A DNA stretch of 61,447 nt, filler included, from Sphacelaria rigidula (lineage: Eukaryota), in assembly GCA_964200075.2 (NCBI GenBank). It is 8 parts of 8 records of this genome, joined end to end, with 100 filler letters (N's around TTAATTAATTAA, not from the genome) between each part and the next. Parts side by side here need not be neighbours in the genome. Positions count along the whole stretch, not along the records: positions 15,389 to 22,982 come from CAXNAA020014185.1; positions 23,083 to 30,675 come from CAXNAA020014186.1; positions 30,776 to 38,368 come from CAXNAA020014187.1; 5 more parts are not named here. One strand, given 5' to 3'. The position numbers and the translations under genes are program-made. Shown here piece after piece: positions 21,601 through 34,190 of the stretch (position 1 is its first letter; the number at the start of each line of letters is the position of its first letter). Below the pieces are notes generated by a model, which was given only the letters and a program-made list of their open reading frames with translations, did not search any database and was not told the DNA's origin.

Positions 21601-22627
21601 GTTACTCGGGAAGCGTCTGCTAACCTAATCAAGATGGAGAATTCTAGGTAAGTTCAGAGAAAATGGCAAAATCATCTTTCCATGCTTCGTCTTAGAAGAT
21701 ACATCCGAGCCGCACAATAGTTTCATCGCCGCCGTGCCCCCCCATCCATGTGTTCCAACTTCATCCTCATAGTTTTGTCAGTCAGCGGCGGTTCGGAAGC
21801 GTACATCGGGGCCAGGAGAACGTCAAAATATGAGCTTTGTTCAGCGTTTGATCGGGATAGCCATCAACATGCTATGACGGGCGTTCATGCACATCTAAGC
21901 TCCGCCTCCCTCGCCCGATGTACATTGAATCCGGCTCCCCCTTGCAACGTTGACATGACAATGAGCTGTAAAATACGTTGACGTCAACAAGCAGCAACTC
22001 TGATATCCACAGAAATTTTCCAAAAACACAGATCATCAGACATGGGCTGAATGGCGTGTTCCTATGATTGTGATGCTATCATGGTGAGCGCCTGCTCGTG
22101 GCCTCACTCGCTGAAGGTACCCATTACATCCACATTTAGGACACCGCAACATCCTAGTGATGTTGGATTGTGCAGCACCGCCGATTCTGCACATGCTAGA
22201 GGAAATACGTCAATGACAAACAAATGCTAACTCTCCGGAAAAAAACATTTTGAAAGACGTTGTTTACTTCCATTACTGAAATATGACCGCTTTAGTACCA
22301 AAGTTGTAGGTATGCTTCAATAATTCTCCGACATCGAGAGCGAACAAATCTACGCATCATGCAGGGGAAACACCCAGAATCAGCATACCATTGTTGCTTG
22401 ATTCTCAGATATTGTCTAAAATAAAAACAGTTTTTCGTTATCTTGCTGAAAATCACTGGTGGACAAACCTTACGCGTGCCTGCCATCCGGTACTTCTTAT
22501 ACATCTCAGATTTGGCAAGACGCTGCTGATTTTGGAGTGCGACGGCGTGGAGCCAATGCTGTATCCGTTGGCACGGAAGGATCTCGTGCATCAGGGCCCC
22601 CGCTATGTTGTGCAAGTCGGCGATAAG
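15649..22627 (+). CDS. DYNC2H1: Cytoplasmic dynein 2 (IFT) heavy chain, internal fragment of 8 exons (stalk CC2 to AAA5)
   Basis: Exons 15649-15732, 16192-16266, 17148-17262, 17796-17875, 18907-19057, 19538-19636, 20925-20998 and 22510-22627 join in phase. They encode YSTILQKIEPLEEE…LATLPLKMLLASGFATYL…STESQLLVWKGEGLPADDLSQENALVL…PFIIDP…VRFGKTLLILECDGVEPMLYPLARKDLVHQGPRYVVQVGDK, matching the dynein-2 heavy chain as recalled. Confidence 0.93.
18616..18669 (+). repeat. Interstitial telomere-type array (TTAGGG)9 in a dynein intron
   Basis: Perfect hexamer run. A shorter array lies at ~52003-52024. Confidence 0.95.
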
Positions 22628-23730
22628 GTGCGAGTGATAGCAGAGCGTCCGTTATTGATTAGACCAAGTCATGTGAACACTGACTTCAGAGAAAGTAATT
22701 TCACAGATCGCAATTTCGGCTTCTTCCTACTTTTCTCTTTCTGGACTATACTTTTAAGCCATCCCCATTCTCAGGATGGTCCCGTAGTCTCAACGGCTCA
22801 GCACATCCCTCACCCGGTGGGCGTTTCACGTGTTGATATCGCGGATTGGATCATGACCATCAGCACTCCCTCCTGCATGTGGCACAGCAATAGAAAGCAG
22901 AAGGCATTTAGTTGCAGAATGGGAGCTATACAAGGAGGAAGGAGACGTGCTAGAGGGGGAATGCGGGACGTGAACGAAGGTGNNNNNNNNNNNNNNNNNN
23001 NNNNNNNNNNNNNNNNNNNNNNNNNNTTAATTAATTAANNNNNNNNNNNNNNNNNNNNNNNNNNNNNNNNNNNNNNNNNNNNTCATTCACTGATTGACCG
23101 CTTTTCACTCTCAATCGTATCATCTACTCTCAATCTCACGAAAACACTGTTGGGTGTCGTTATGTCATGCAATGCTTGTCTTGATACACCTGGTATGCTT
23201 GTACGTATGGCTGTCCCTCAAGAGGTCGAAAGATGGAACCTTGCGGTTCTTAATTTTTTTGGTGGGTGATATTCGGGGCCCTGAGTCTCGCCCGTAGTCG
23301 GACCCTGTGTCCATTTCTACTTGACCTCGCGCGTCGAGTTGGAAAGCCGGGTGACCCCATGAAATCCGAATGGTCACCTGCGGCACCGCATCTTCTGAGG
23401 TTAGCCATATGTATTATCTTTCTTCATCAGTTATCCCTGTTTTGCTTATATCGCTTTTTTTAAGTTTTCCAATTTTCAAATTGGTTGTCTCAGGCTATTC
23501 CAGATTCGGCATGGGTTTCTGTGACAGCAAACTGTCTCGTTTTTTCAGAACACGGGAAAAAAAACAAGCAGAACTTGAAAAAAAACAAGCAGAACTTTTC
23601 GAGAACTTTTCGGAAAACTGCCCAAAACGTGACTCCCATTATATGGAGTACAGTGTACTACACTGAACACAACACAATTCTGCAGTGTTTTTTAGAACCT
23701 GAACACGGGCTGTATACAGTATGCATCAGA

Positions 23731-24019
23731 TTCTCTTGTTGCAAAATTAATAGTGTCCAGCTGCTGCTGCTGTACTACTACGGAAGCACACGCCCTCGAG
23801 GTGCCACCCCACGTTTACTGTCATTGCGAACATAAGAAGTCAAGAACACGAACTGCAGCAGTCGTGGCCACCACTTCTCTTGTTGCAAAATTAATACTGT
23901 CCAGCTGTTGCTGCTGTACTACTACGGAAGCACATGCCCTCGAGGTGCCCACCCCACGTTTACCGTCATCGCGAGCATAACAAGACAAGAACACGAACTG
24001 CAGCGATCGTGGCCGCCAC
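23731..24019. repeat. 144-bp tandem duplication bracketed by ~50-bp direct repeats
   Basis: Units start ttctcttgttgcaaaattaata at 23731 and 23875. The sequence aaaactgcccaaaacgtgac…attatatggagtacag occurs at ~23603-23652 and ~24191-24240. Confidence 0.85.
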
Positions 24020-24286
24020 ACATCAACGTTACTGCAGTGAAACGTGTGCCTGAGCTGACACCACCACACTTTTGGCGTTTCTTCTTGTTGGCGAAAACTT
24101 GTGCATCTAACTTTGTGGCAGGGTCCACCGAATGAGCTGCGTGTTGGGGTGGGCGATCGAATTGCATACGCGCTCATGCACAGTAAAGACGAACTTTTCG
24201 AAAAACTGCCCAAAACGTGACCCCATTATATGGAGTACAGATTACTAAACTGAAGACAACACAGCAATAATTTTTCAGAATATGTA

Positions 24287-25285
24287 GTCAAACGAATAAG
24301 GCGCTTCCCACACCCATCATTTCTATGCTGTATAGTTGTCGCTGCGCTGTTGTGCGCTTGAACACTCTACGATGAGCATGGTCTGATGTGCGCTGGAGAG
24401 TGCCTGGATAATTGCAGTGCTGCATGCGGTGTTCCGGTAAGCACATAAGTGGGGTGATATCAAAGTGCTGTACACTAGCTACTGTCTGTTCACAAAGGTG
24501 AAACGATGAAACGATCACGTGACGACTGTGCAGCTGTCTGTTGCGTCTTCGTCCGTATTTCAGCTATAGTCGGGTGCTGGGACTGGAGAAGACACGCAAG
24601 GCGGACGCGTGCACGTTGGGGCGAACAAACTGAGCCAGCACGGAGCTGCTCTATCCCAAGCGTTTAGTAACAGGAGCTGTCTGCCTTGATGTCTCACGTA
24701 ATAGTTCTGCCCCCCATTTCAGACGGGTCTTCGTTTTTTGCCGAGTGTCAAGTTTTGAACGCTGGGCCATGATCGCGCTTCGCGTGAAAAGCGCAATCAT
24801 GGCCCAGCGTTTGTAAACCGCCATTCGGCCAATATCGAGCTCATCCAAAATCAGGAGAAGAAGTATCGCATTGGACATGTCCTATATCACTGTGCTGCAG
24901 GACAAACATACTCATGCGCTGTCTCTTGTGCTGTAGCTGTCGCTGCGCTGCGGTGTCTCCAGGCCTGTTCGAAGACGGGTTGATCTCCGCTGGGACTGAC
25001 TGCGTGAGTTGTTTCGTTACTGTCGTGGCGTTCGTCTCCTCGAAAAAACATGCTGTCAACACGTAGTGCCCTCTCTTGACACCTTCATGGTGTGTTGGCT
25101 ATTTCGCCTCGGGTCAAACGAACAAGGTGCTCCCCAAACCCACCATTTATATGCTGTAGTTGTCGCTGTGCTGTTGTGCATCTAAATACTCAACGACGAT
25201 CACGGTGCGATGGGCGCTCGAGAGTGCCTAAACAGGTGTAGTGCTGCATGCGGTGTTTCGGTGTGCACAGAGTTGGGGTGACACC
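24287..25285. repeat. Composite repeat: ~170-bp direct repeats plus a dispersed unit with a hairpin
   Basis: 24287-24460 resembles 25114-25285. There is a hairpin aacgctgggccatgat…atcatggcccagcgtt (~24758-24811). 24780-25000 resembles 40755-40975. Confidence 0.7.
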
Positions 25286-26103
25286 AAATTATTTATCGCC
25301 TTTTGGAGGAATGATAATTGGTTTGGGACTGTACACGGCTAATACACTTCACAATACGGCCTACTACGGTCTATTACCTAGAGTTTAACTGGATGCCCCG
25401 AAAATATAGAGAACATACTACGGGAGGAACCCTCACGACTTTACACCCATCCGCACTCAAAGTGCGGACAAAGTCAGTATCAGTTGTATATCTTCGCTGG
25501 ACTCAGCAGCAAGAAACAGTGAACGTGCATTGTTCTGCACTGAGCACAGTCTACTGCACGCTACTGATGTCTCTACTTAGTGTTCCACAGCAACACTACA
25601 GTGTGAAGCTATGTTGGCAACATAAGAGGGGTCAGGCAGGTGGCAAAGACAGGTCACGAGTAAAAAGTACGTCGTTTGTGCCCATGTGATTAATGATTTG
25701 TGATGAAAATGATTCTCCTGGTCTACAACAACTTCTGTGTAAACCGGATACACGTCACGTCAATCTCTGTCTGTGTCAATTTGTGCTCAAAATACTATTT
25801 CTGTGTGCATATGTTGCTGTGCTGACCTCAAAAAAACACCACAACCACACCATCACCCGTTGATTCGCAATGTTCTGGGCGTGTGCTCTGGTGCTTGCGC
25901 GAGCAGCGAGGTGGTTGGTGGGGTGTGTGTTGTCGGGAGGACGGTTACACGTTACACGTCACGCCTGTTGGCCAATAGCATCTCCTATTAAAAGTCCAAA
26001 CCGAGCGGAACGCAACCATCGGACTTTGGACTGGCTTTTGACTTCGGGGGAATTACAAAGTCCAAGTCCTGACCCGAATTTGGTCTTCACAAACACCGTC
26101 ATT

Positions 26104-26557
26104 AGTCAGCGCTGACTGATCAGTATAGTCTAGTTGGTTGTCTCTTAAACCGTCACAAAAGGTAGTCGTAGGGGTTCAATCCCCGCCAATTTCAGTCCGA
26201 GGAGGGCGCCTCCCCTTGTCAGCGCTGTATCGACTGCTATCAGGACCTCTAGTGTCGTCGCTTTCACCGTATCCTAGAGTTACTCGTCTCCCCCACTCAT
26301 TCCAAGAGTGTGTGCACTGGGGTCCGTAGCAGTACACTCCAAAACATAGCCACTAGGCTATACGCCACCCTTTTTCTTTGGGCCAATTGTTTACCGAGCT
26401 TTTGTCTCCTGTTTTTTCTTCAAAGAAAGTGCGTCCGACGGGAATCGAACCAGCGACTAACTTCTATGACGGTTTAAGAGATGGCCAACTAGACTACTGA
26501 CCAAGTCAGCGCTGACTGGTCAGTTGTCTAGTTGGTTGTCTCTTAAACCGTCACAGA
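26104..26557. mobile_element. Three tRNA-derived SINE heads, two of them fused head-to-head
   Basis: A box TAGTCTAGTTGG and B boxes GGTTCAATCC (26173, +) and GGTTCGATTCC (26441-26451, -). The palindrome AGTCAGCGCTGACT occurs at 26104 and 26504. Confidence 0.7.
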
Positions 26558-27447
26558 CTTCTTTCTACTGGGAGGCAGTAGTGGAGCAGTAGATAGTGAT
26601 CGATGGTGTGAGCTTTGTTCGTGTTCAGCGAACAAAGCCAGTATCATCCATCCCTGTAATATACAGGGTCACATTCGTACCCGACCAACTCTGAGCAGGC
26701 CTGCAGTCTTGGCCACCGAAACACAAGAAAGCAAATAGCTAGACTCGACAACGGGTCTGAAGCGGCATGACATCAGGCTGATATACTTCTTCATGACACT
26801 AACCCACCCAGACGAACCTTTACTACAGCTGCGAGGATTTATCCTCAAAGCAGCGAAAACTAAGGTTTTTCTTTACTCGTCAAGTCATGAGCGGCTGATA
26901 AAGCATACCTAAAGGAACACTCCCGTACCTAACGCTCCCGTACCAACAATCCTGTACCCACTCCCACACCTCAAAAGAAGGGAAGCATAGACTGCTTCGA
27001 GGAGCAGACAAACTGCTCCAAAACGCGGAAGCACAAACTGCTTCGGCGTGCTAGCGATCAACAAAGAAGCACAAATTGCTTCGGCGTCCTAGCAAAATTT
27101 TATGGGGGGAAAACAGGGAGGTACAACAGGGAGCAGAGCTCTAACCTGGGGGAAGCCAAAGGTACAACAGGGAGCAGAGCTTCAACCTGGGGGAATCCAA
27201 AGGTGCTGAAAACTGCAAGGTCGAAAATCTGAAAATCGGTGATCCAACGAGATTGTGCGCCAGTTGAAAGGAACACTACAGCTCCAGTAGTCGTAGGTGG
27301 TGGTCGTCTCAGGAATTCTTGATCGTCGTCCGATGTAGGTCGCGCTGTTGTGGTGTCGTAGAAGAGGATCCTGGTGGAGAAGGGAGGGCAGACAATGCTT
27401 ACGGAAAAAATGGGGGTGGGGCAACAGTCGCGACAAAGAAGCGTGGT

Positions 27448-30400
27448 TCAAAGCGGGGCGTGGACGTCGTGGATGTGGTCGATGTTGCGCTGGAGACCGC
27501 GGCGAAGTCCTTTGGACTTGAGGCGCTGGAGACACCAGAATCCGCGTGGTGTAGATGGGCTGGTGGTGTATAGTGCTGGCCGAAGCTTGAGCTGTATGGG
27601 TCCAGGGTCATCGATGAAGCGCACGGTGTATGTGTCGGCTGAAACCAGCTTAGCGGAGAGGATCTGACCCAACCACCAGAGGTAACCGCTGCCTTGGAAC
27701 CAAAGGTAGCGGCCCTTGGGCAGGAGTCGCTGGCTCGCGAAGAACTTCGTCTTACAAGTCTTGGAGGGTACAAGTTTGTAACCATCGGCGACGAAGCGTA
27801 GTCCCTGATTTCGGTGAAGTTCGCGGGATGCTGCGCCACGGCGCATGTTGCGGTATTTCTTGTTGTGAAGCAAGATGCTGATGTTGGGATTGCGTCCAGT
27901 AAAGGAGGGTTGCACGGCGGTGCAATTGCAGGTCGGATTCGCGTTCCCAAGACGCTCTCCGAAGACCGTGCCAGTGTGTCTTATACATGACAGCGATCTT
28001 GCCTCCTCGACCACGGATTATCTGGTCGCCGGAAATGGAGGATACAGCCAACCAAAGGGGCTGTTCCGTCACGTCGTCGTTTGTAACGTGGTAGGGCGGG
28101 GACTTGGTCGAGTAGCTGTTGAGAACATACTGTGTGAGTCCGGCAGGCAGGTACTTTGGCATGTCACTTGTATCATGCGGGTTCGTGCAGGGTTTGTATC
28201 TGTGCACGGAGACGCGGAGCTTGGTGTCTTTACCCTGGAAGTCGCGAGGCAGGTCGAGATAGAGCAATTTGGCACCAACGGGTGTTTCATCCGGTGATGA
28301 TGACGATGGTTCGACTGTCAGGATCTTGAATGGTCCTGTTCAATTGAGGGGCAATTCTGTCTTCAGAATTGTTTCGTTGGCTGCCTTGCTGATGCCTTGG
28401 CGGATGGTCGACAAACTGTTGTAGATCCAAACCCAATCACCAACTTTCCAGTTAGGGCGTTTGTGCATGAGGTTGTAGAGAGCAGTGTTAGATCTCTCTA
28501 GGCGCGAGGCATTGATAGCGTGTTGTTCGCGCATGAGGGTAGACGCTTTGCGTTGTCGTGTATGCGCTAGCTCGTGTTAGGATATCTGATCCTGATCCAA
28601 TCCTTGGTGGCTGTCAAACGTGTGTCGCTCGAACACGGTGATAGGCAGCCGAGGGTAGCGTCCAAGATGGAGTTTGTTCGGAGAAAGGCCTGTGGCGGCA
28701 TTAACCGAGTTGTTGTAAGACAACATGATGTGCGAGAAATGTAGATCCCAGTCATTTTGGCGGTCATTGACAACCATAGAGAGCATCTGGGCCATGGTGC
28801 GATTAACTCTTTCTGTACCACCGTTACCGTTCGGGTGGTTGGCGCTCGTGGCAATTTTGCGGATGCCGAGAAGCTTGTAAAGCTCATCAGAGAGGTCTGA
28901 GCAAAATTGCTGACCATTGTCTGAAAGTAGTCGCTTTGGGCAACCGTAGTGCTTGATGTAATCGTGGACCAATATGTCGGCCGTTCCGGCGGCAGTGACA
29001 TCTGCGGCGGTTACCGCGTACATGGACGCGTGGCGGCTGAAGCGGTCAGTGAAGAGTAAGATGTAGGTGTCGCGCGACCTGTGGTCGGGAGAGGGCCAAA
29101 GTAGTCAAAGGACACAAGGTGGCTGGGCTCGTCGGGGAGCCCCATAGAGATGACGGGCCAGCGTACTGTCTGTCGTGAAGGTTTTCGGGCTTGGCATTTA
29201 AAGCTTCGCCGAATCCAGAAGCGGGTTGAACTTTCCATCCCAACCCACCAGTAGAAGCGTTCCAAAAACGCGAGGGTGCGGGTGACGCCAAGGTGACATG
29301 ACCAGTCTGTGTGGTAGCCTTTCATGACCCAGGGGCGCATTAATATGTAGTCGTGCGTTGGTTCGTCATTGAGTAGTCGTGCGGTGCGTCCCGTAGTTGA
29401 GGCGGCAATTGCGCCTGTCAAAGGCGTGGGCCGACGTACGAGTAGTTGCACACCTTCATCCGTAGTAAAAATGGTGCCTTACGCACGAGCTCGTATACGT
29501 CAGAAATAACTGGTGGTAGCAGTATGCCAACCGGGGCCAGAAGTGTCGACGGAAAAGGGACTGGACAGTCGAGTTATAAATACCGGATGGCTGCGCGACG
29601 TAGCGGGTCTGCGTTTTGTTCGCGAGCCCAATCGCGGTGGGAGTAGCTGGCGAGAAACTCGCGTAGTTGACCTTGCGCTGGCGAGCCGTCCAAACATGGT
29701 AGGGCAGGCGGCGGGGGAATAGGCGACGGGGCAGAAATGCGGATGTCAATATCTGTCCCGGGAGCAGGAGACGAGTCGTCAGTTCCGTGCTCGGGGGCAG
29801 GAGATGTTTGCGGCGCCGTTATGGGTGGCGGGGTTGTATCAATGCGCGGCGAAGATTATCCGCTGCTCGTGGCGCACGGTGCAGAAGTTTTTGCGGAGCT
29901 TTGCGTTTTGGTCCGTGGAACTTGTGCTGGGTGGCTCATAGAGGTTGCAGGTGTTGTCAGTGGCGGCGGGGCACTCGGTGTGGTGCGGGCAGCAGATCGG
30001 GAGCGCGTGTTGTCGGAGATAAGGTGGGTGACTGGAGGTGTCTTCGTGAAGAGTTTCGCGCAAGGACCGGAAGTGCAAAAATTAACAAAATCGGAGGTAG
30101 TGGGCTGTAACCCACCCAAGACGGCGTCATATGGTAAAGGGCGAGGTCCTCCCATATGCATACCGGTCTTCGGGCAGTGGAGGTGGAGGGCGTAAATGGG
30201 CGTTGAAAAACGTCTAATCGCGTAAATTTCAGGTTCAGCGGGTTCCGTTAACCAGCAGGCCGGGCTGGAATCTGCGGCCGTAGGCGGCAGAGGTAGGCGG
30301 GAAAGAAGATCATCGTTCCCGTTGGTTTTGCCGGGACGGTGCTTAATGGTATACTGGTATGCTGTTAGAATCTCCAACCATCGTTGTACACGAGGGTTGT

Positions 30401-30675
30401 GTTCGCCAACTTTAGCAAGTTGTTCAAGTGCTCCGTGATCCGTATGGATCTCGAAGGGCACGTGAAACAGATATTGTCAAAGGCGCTTAATGGCCCAAGT
30501 GATTACTCCGCCTTCCAGTTCTAGCGGGCTCCAATTGACCTCATTTGTCAGGGTAACGCGGCTAATATAAAGGATGGGTCGGACGGAGCCATCAACCTGA
30601 GGTTGATTCAAACCTCTTCCAAATCCATTTGTGCTGGCGTCAGTATGGACTTGGAAAAGGCGGACACTTTCTACG
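27448..30675 (-). mobile_element. Decayed Ty3/Gypsy LTR retrotransposon pol (RNase H, integrase, GPF motif, chromodomain, Tudor-like domain)
   Basis: RNase H FQVHTDAS…FEIHTDHGAL…RVQRW; integrase zinc region HLGVTRT…FYWW…KCQARK; core SFDYFGPLP, LLSDNGQQF, GTERVNRT; WTGPFKIL. Stops and frameshifts are present and the element is cut by the contig end. Confidence 0.93.
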
Positions 30676-32049
30676 NNNNNNNNNNNNNNNNNNNNNNNNN
30701 NNNNNNNNNNNNNNNNNNNTTAATTAATTAANNNNNNNNNNNNNNNNNNNNNNNNNNNNNNNNNNNNNNNNNNNNTTTTGTTTTCGTTATTTTTTGTGTT
30801 TTTTGGGGGGGGGGGGGGGGGTATCGTAGAAAGTGTCAGACTCTGAGTTCCGTAACGCGTTGTTATCGCGTTTGCGATTGTCATTAGTTGGGATTGTTCC
30901 TGCTTCGCCACATGGCGTTGACCCATCTCAATCAGTTACCGGCTTGCCTTGGTCTCTACCCTGGGCCATCACTACGCTCTGCTCCTATGGCTGCGCCCCG
31001 GCTATGCTGAGTAAAAGAGGCTTGTAGATATAACATGACGTTATGAAACACGTGAGTTCCTAATCAAGAGTCTGCACATGGGTGGACCTACTATGTGATT
31101 GTTCTTGTTGGATAGCTAAAGGTCGTCCGTTGTGCCCACGTGGAAGCTTGGGTTTGCTGAACCCAACGGTATCTCCTGGTACTCGTACTGAGAGGCCTCA
31201 GCCAGTGCATTAGCTATACCACTCATTGTGATGGTTTACCGTCGTTCATGTATTTCGTGTTTTCGTACCCGGTTCACCCTGTGCGCATTCAAGATGCAGT
31301 TATGCAGGACCAAGTCTAGTGAACCTACCGTAGGAACAAGCTTGACTCTTACAACACAGACGCCACTCACATGGGGTCAGATGAACGGTGCCACATGTGG
31401 GTTTCAGAACAGTCGTTTCATCACAGCACAAAACGCCTTTTTTTTTAAAGCATGTGGACATGTTGGGCGGTGCGCCGGTCTCGCAGCTTCAAGTATTCCG
31501 AGTGATGGTCTCACGGGCACAGCGGCAACGATCGGAGGAAGACACCCGATTCTTGTACAGTCTGCGCCGTGCGCTTCAAGCGTTTTTGTTCCAATACGGG
31601 ATCCGGTCGATGTCCATCTCCGTCTTTCGATTTTGATCGATTGATTGTCGTACTTTAACTGACCCCCCAGGAGTCCAGCCGTGGTCTCATGATAGACGTA
31701 CCCAACAGAACAAAACTGAAAAAGGCTCTGAGGAAAAAAAAGGGGGGGGGGGCAGAAAAAAAACAGGAACAGGAAAAAGAAGAAAAAAGAAAGAGGGATC
31801 GAACAAAACGACATAGCAGACTAAGTCGTGACAAAATAGTAATAAAAAGTCAACACAACAAGCAAAGCATAGAAAGAAATGGCCGACCTTAAACAAGAAG
31901 AAGGGAAACAAGAGGAAAGTACAAAGCAAATCAAATAAAAAACGATGAAACGATGGGAAAAAAAAGGGAAAAAGCTTCAGGAGTTGAGGGCAGCAGAGTA
32001 GATACAGACACCCACCAGTGGGTACCGCAGGGCCACCGACTACGGACGT

Positions 32050-34190
32050 TATCAACAATCGATATGAGAGGACAGGATTTTCTTCGAGGCTATGCCGGCG
32101 TCGTCCGCATAAAGCATTGGCCACACCGCGCGTCGCACCTTTTCCAGTGGTGTCTCTTCCACGGATTCACCACCGACACCTTGTGGCGCATCATCTGGAA
32201 AGACCAAGTCTGAGACGATGAGTGGGTCCGCCGCAAACCGCTGGACGATCCTTCCACCAAGCCTGCTCCGAAGATGTTGAACAACAGCGGAGACGAAACG
32301 CAACCTTGTCCGAGTCCCTGGCAGACGTCGAACCACGCTGACAGTTCGCCACTATCTAGCTGTACCCGAGCTCGCATGCCGTCGCGAAACATACGGATGA
32401 TCGTGATCATTCGCGACGGAACTCCGAACCGAGCAAGCACTTCCCACAGAAGGGTGCGGTCTACAGAATCGTAGGCTTTCTGCAGATCGATGAAGCGCAT
32501 ATTTATTGGGATGTTGCTCACCCGTCCCAGCTCCTGGAGTCGGCGTACTACGAAGATCATGTCTATGGTCGATCTTTGGCGCCTAAATCCAAACTGCTCT
32601 TCCGGGAAGACATCTGTTTCCTTACAAAAATCACCGAGCCTGTTGGCTACGACTTTGAGGAGAACTTTAGCAGTATATGCCACAAGTGAAATGCCTCTGT
32701 AGTTACTACACTGCGTCCTATCTTGTTTTTTGTGTGGCACTTTGATGGTGACATCTTTCCATTCTTGCGGCACGTCGCCAGATGTCCAAACCGCAGAGAT
32801 GATGTCGTGGAAGTGGTACAAATATCCGACGCCTCCCCGTTAAGTCCAAGTTTTAGGATTTCAGCAGGAATACCATCCGAACCGGTTGCTTTGCCGTTCG
32901 ACATAGCTCTCAGGGCCTCGACAGTTTCACTTGGGCTTGGTGGGTCTCCCAGTGACAACGCTATTGAGCAATAAGTTGTGCGAATTGAGGTTTAACTCCG
33001 AGATGAGGTTCAAGTCTGAAACAGTGCTTTCCCCACACTTTCAGCGATGGTGCCCAATGACGTTTTTGTCGCCCTAATGCCCCTCAATCGCGTAGATACT
33101 TTTTCGAGGGGGGTAATAGCAGGGAAAATGGCGGTTTCGGTCAGCGCTGTAAGCTCACAGAGTCAGCGAATTGCGCTGAAACGTATCTACGCGATTGCGG
33201 GGCATTAGACCGACAAAACCGTCATTGGGCATCATCGCTGAAAGTGTGGGGAAAGCACTGTTTTCGGCTTGATCCTCATCTCGGAGTTAAACCTCAATTC
33301 GCACAATTTGTTGTTATTGGTCGTTGAGCAATCTTCTCGATGATGGTGCGGTCAATAGTTGCCGACATGGTGTTCAGCAATGTAGAAAAGCGACGTTCTC
33401 ATCTCCCACTGATCAAACCTCTGTCCCGCAGAAAATTGCCGTCCTCATCTCGTACGTACTGTTCACTCTCAATTGGTCATCCAGACAGTCTCCACCCTCC
33501 GTTGAGATGTCTGTACCATTCTCTCATGTCCCCCGCTCGAATATGCTACTCTAGTTCTCTAGCATACACATCCATATATTTGCCAACCCCAACTTAGATC
33601 ATTTGTTTTTTTTGCATGCTGTTCGCAATGTGCGCCATGCGAGTTTATTTCGAGATGACCCTAGTCTAACCGTTGAACTCTCCCTTTCTCTCTTCATCCA
33701 CGCGAGTTCGAATTCCGCTCTGATTTCAGCATCCTCGAACCACGCCGGTATGCGTGGTTTTCGGGTCAGACGGGGTACCAACTTTCCAGCGGCACTCAAG
33801 AGTACGTCGGCAAAGTTCGTAGGCAGTGAACTAACTGTATCACTAGGTGTACTCTGTTCGAGCTCGCTGATGATGAGCTGGGTGAGCTGCTAGCCGCAAA
33901 TTGCAGATAATTGCAGATGCGGCAACGATCTGATATTGTCTCCGCATGATGCCGTTCGGGCTGGTGTGTCGGCAAGATGTTCACCCATGTTCGTTGGAGT
34001 TTTATGACCTCCGGCACACAAGCCACCTGTATGCATCGTTGAATCTTCCGGGTCTTCGCACCGACCAACAAGGGGGCTACACTCTTCTTGTCGTTGGGTT
34101 TCGGCCTTTTTTGGTGGGATGTAATTTTACCGAAAATAACTATGGTTGTGACTGGCGTAGCTTGTGCTGAGACGGCGGTACGGGCACCAC
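32050..34190 (-). mobile_element. Decayed RTE-like LINE (end of endonuclease/linker plus reverse transcriptase)
   Basis: KATGSDGIPAEILK, VPQEWKD, NYRGISLV, EEQFGFR, FIDLQKAYDSVDR, QGCVSSPLLFNIF and MLYADD. Frameshifted and interrupted by a MITE. Confidence 0.92.
32967..33315. mobile_element. Foldback MITE with ~130-bp TIRs and (T)ATTG target-site duplication, inserted in the LINE
   Basis: Left end agcaataagttgtgcgaattgaggtttaactccgagatgagg…; right end …cctcatctcggagttaaacctcaattcgcacaatttgttgtt. ATTG lies at 32963-66 and 33316-19. Removing the element restores KIAQRPIALSLGDPP. Confidence 0.9.

Noticed and set aside
10307-22627. Divergent NLR and dynein gene pair
   Set aside because: The genes are separated by an artificial linker and lie on different contigs.
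22391-23038. 215-aa ORF as a complete gene
   Set aside because: Only 22510-22627 is a dynein exon. The rest is intron read-through into the linker.
26560-26930. 3' LTR of the Gypsy element (GGGAG|TGTTCC at ~26919, minus strand)
   Set aside because: There is no second LTR in the contig to confirm it and the polypurine tract is weak.
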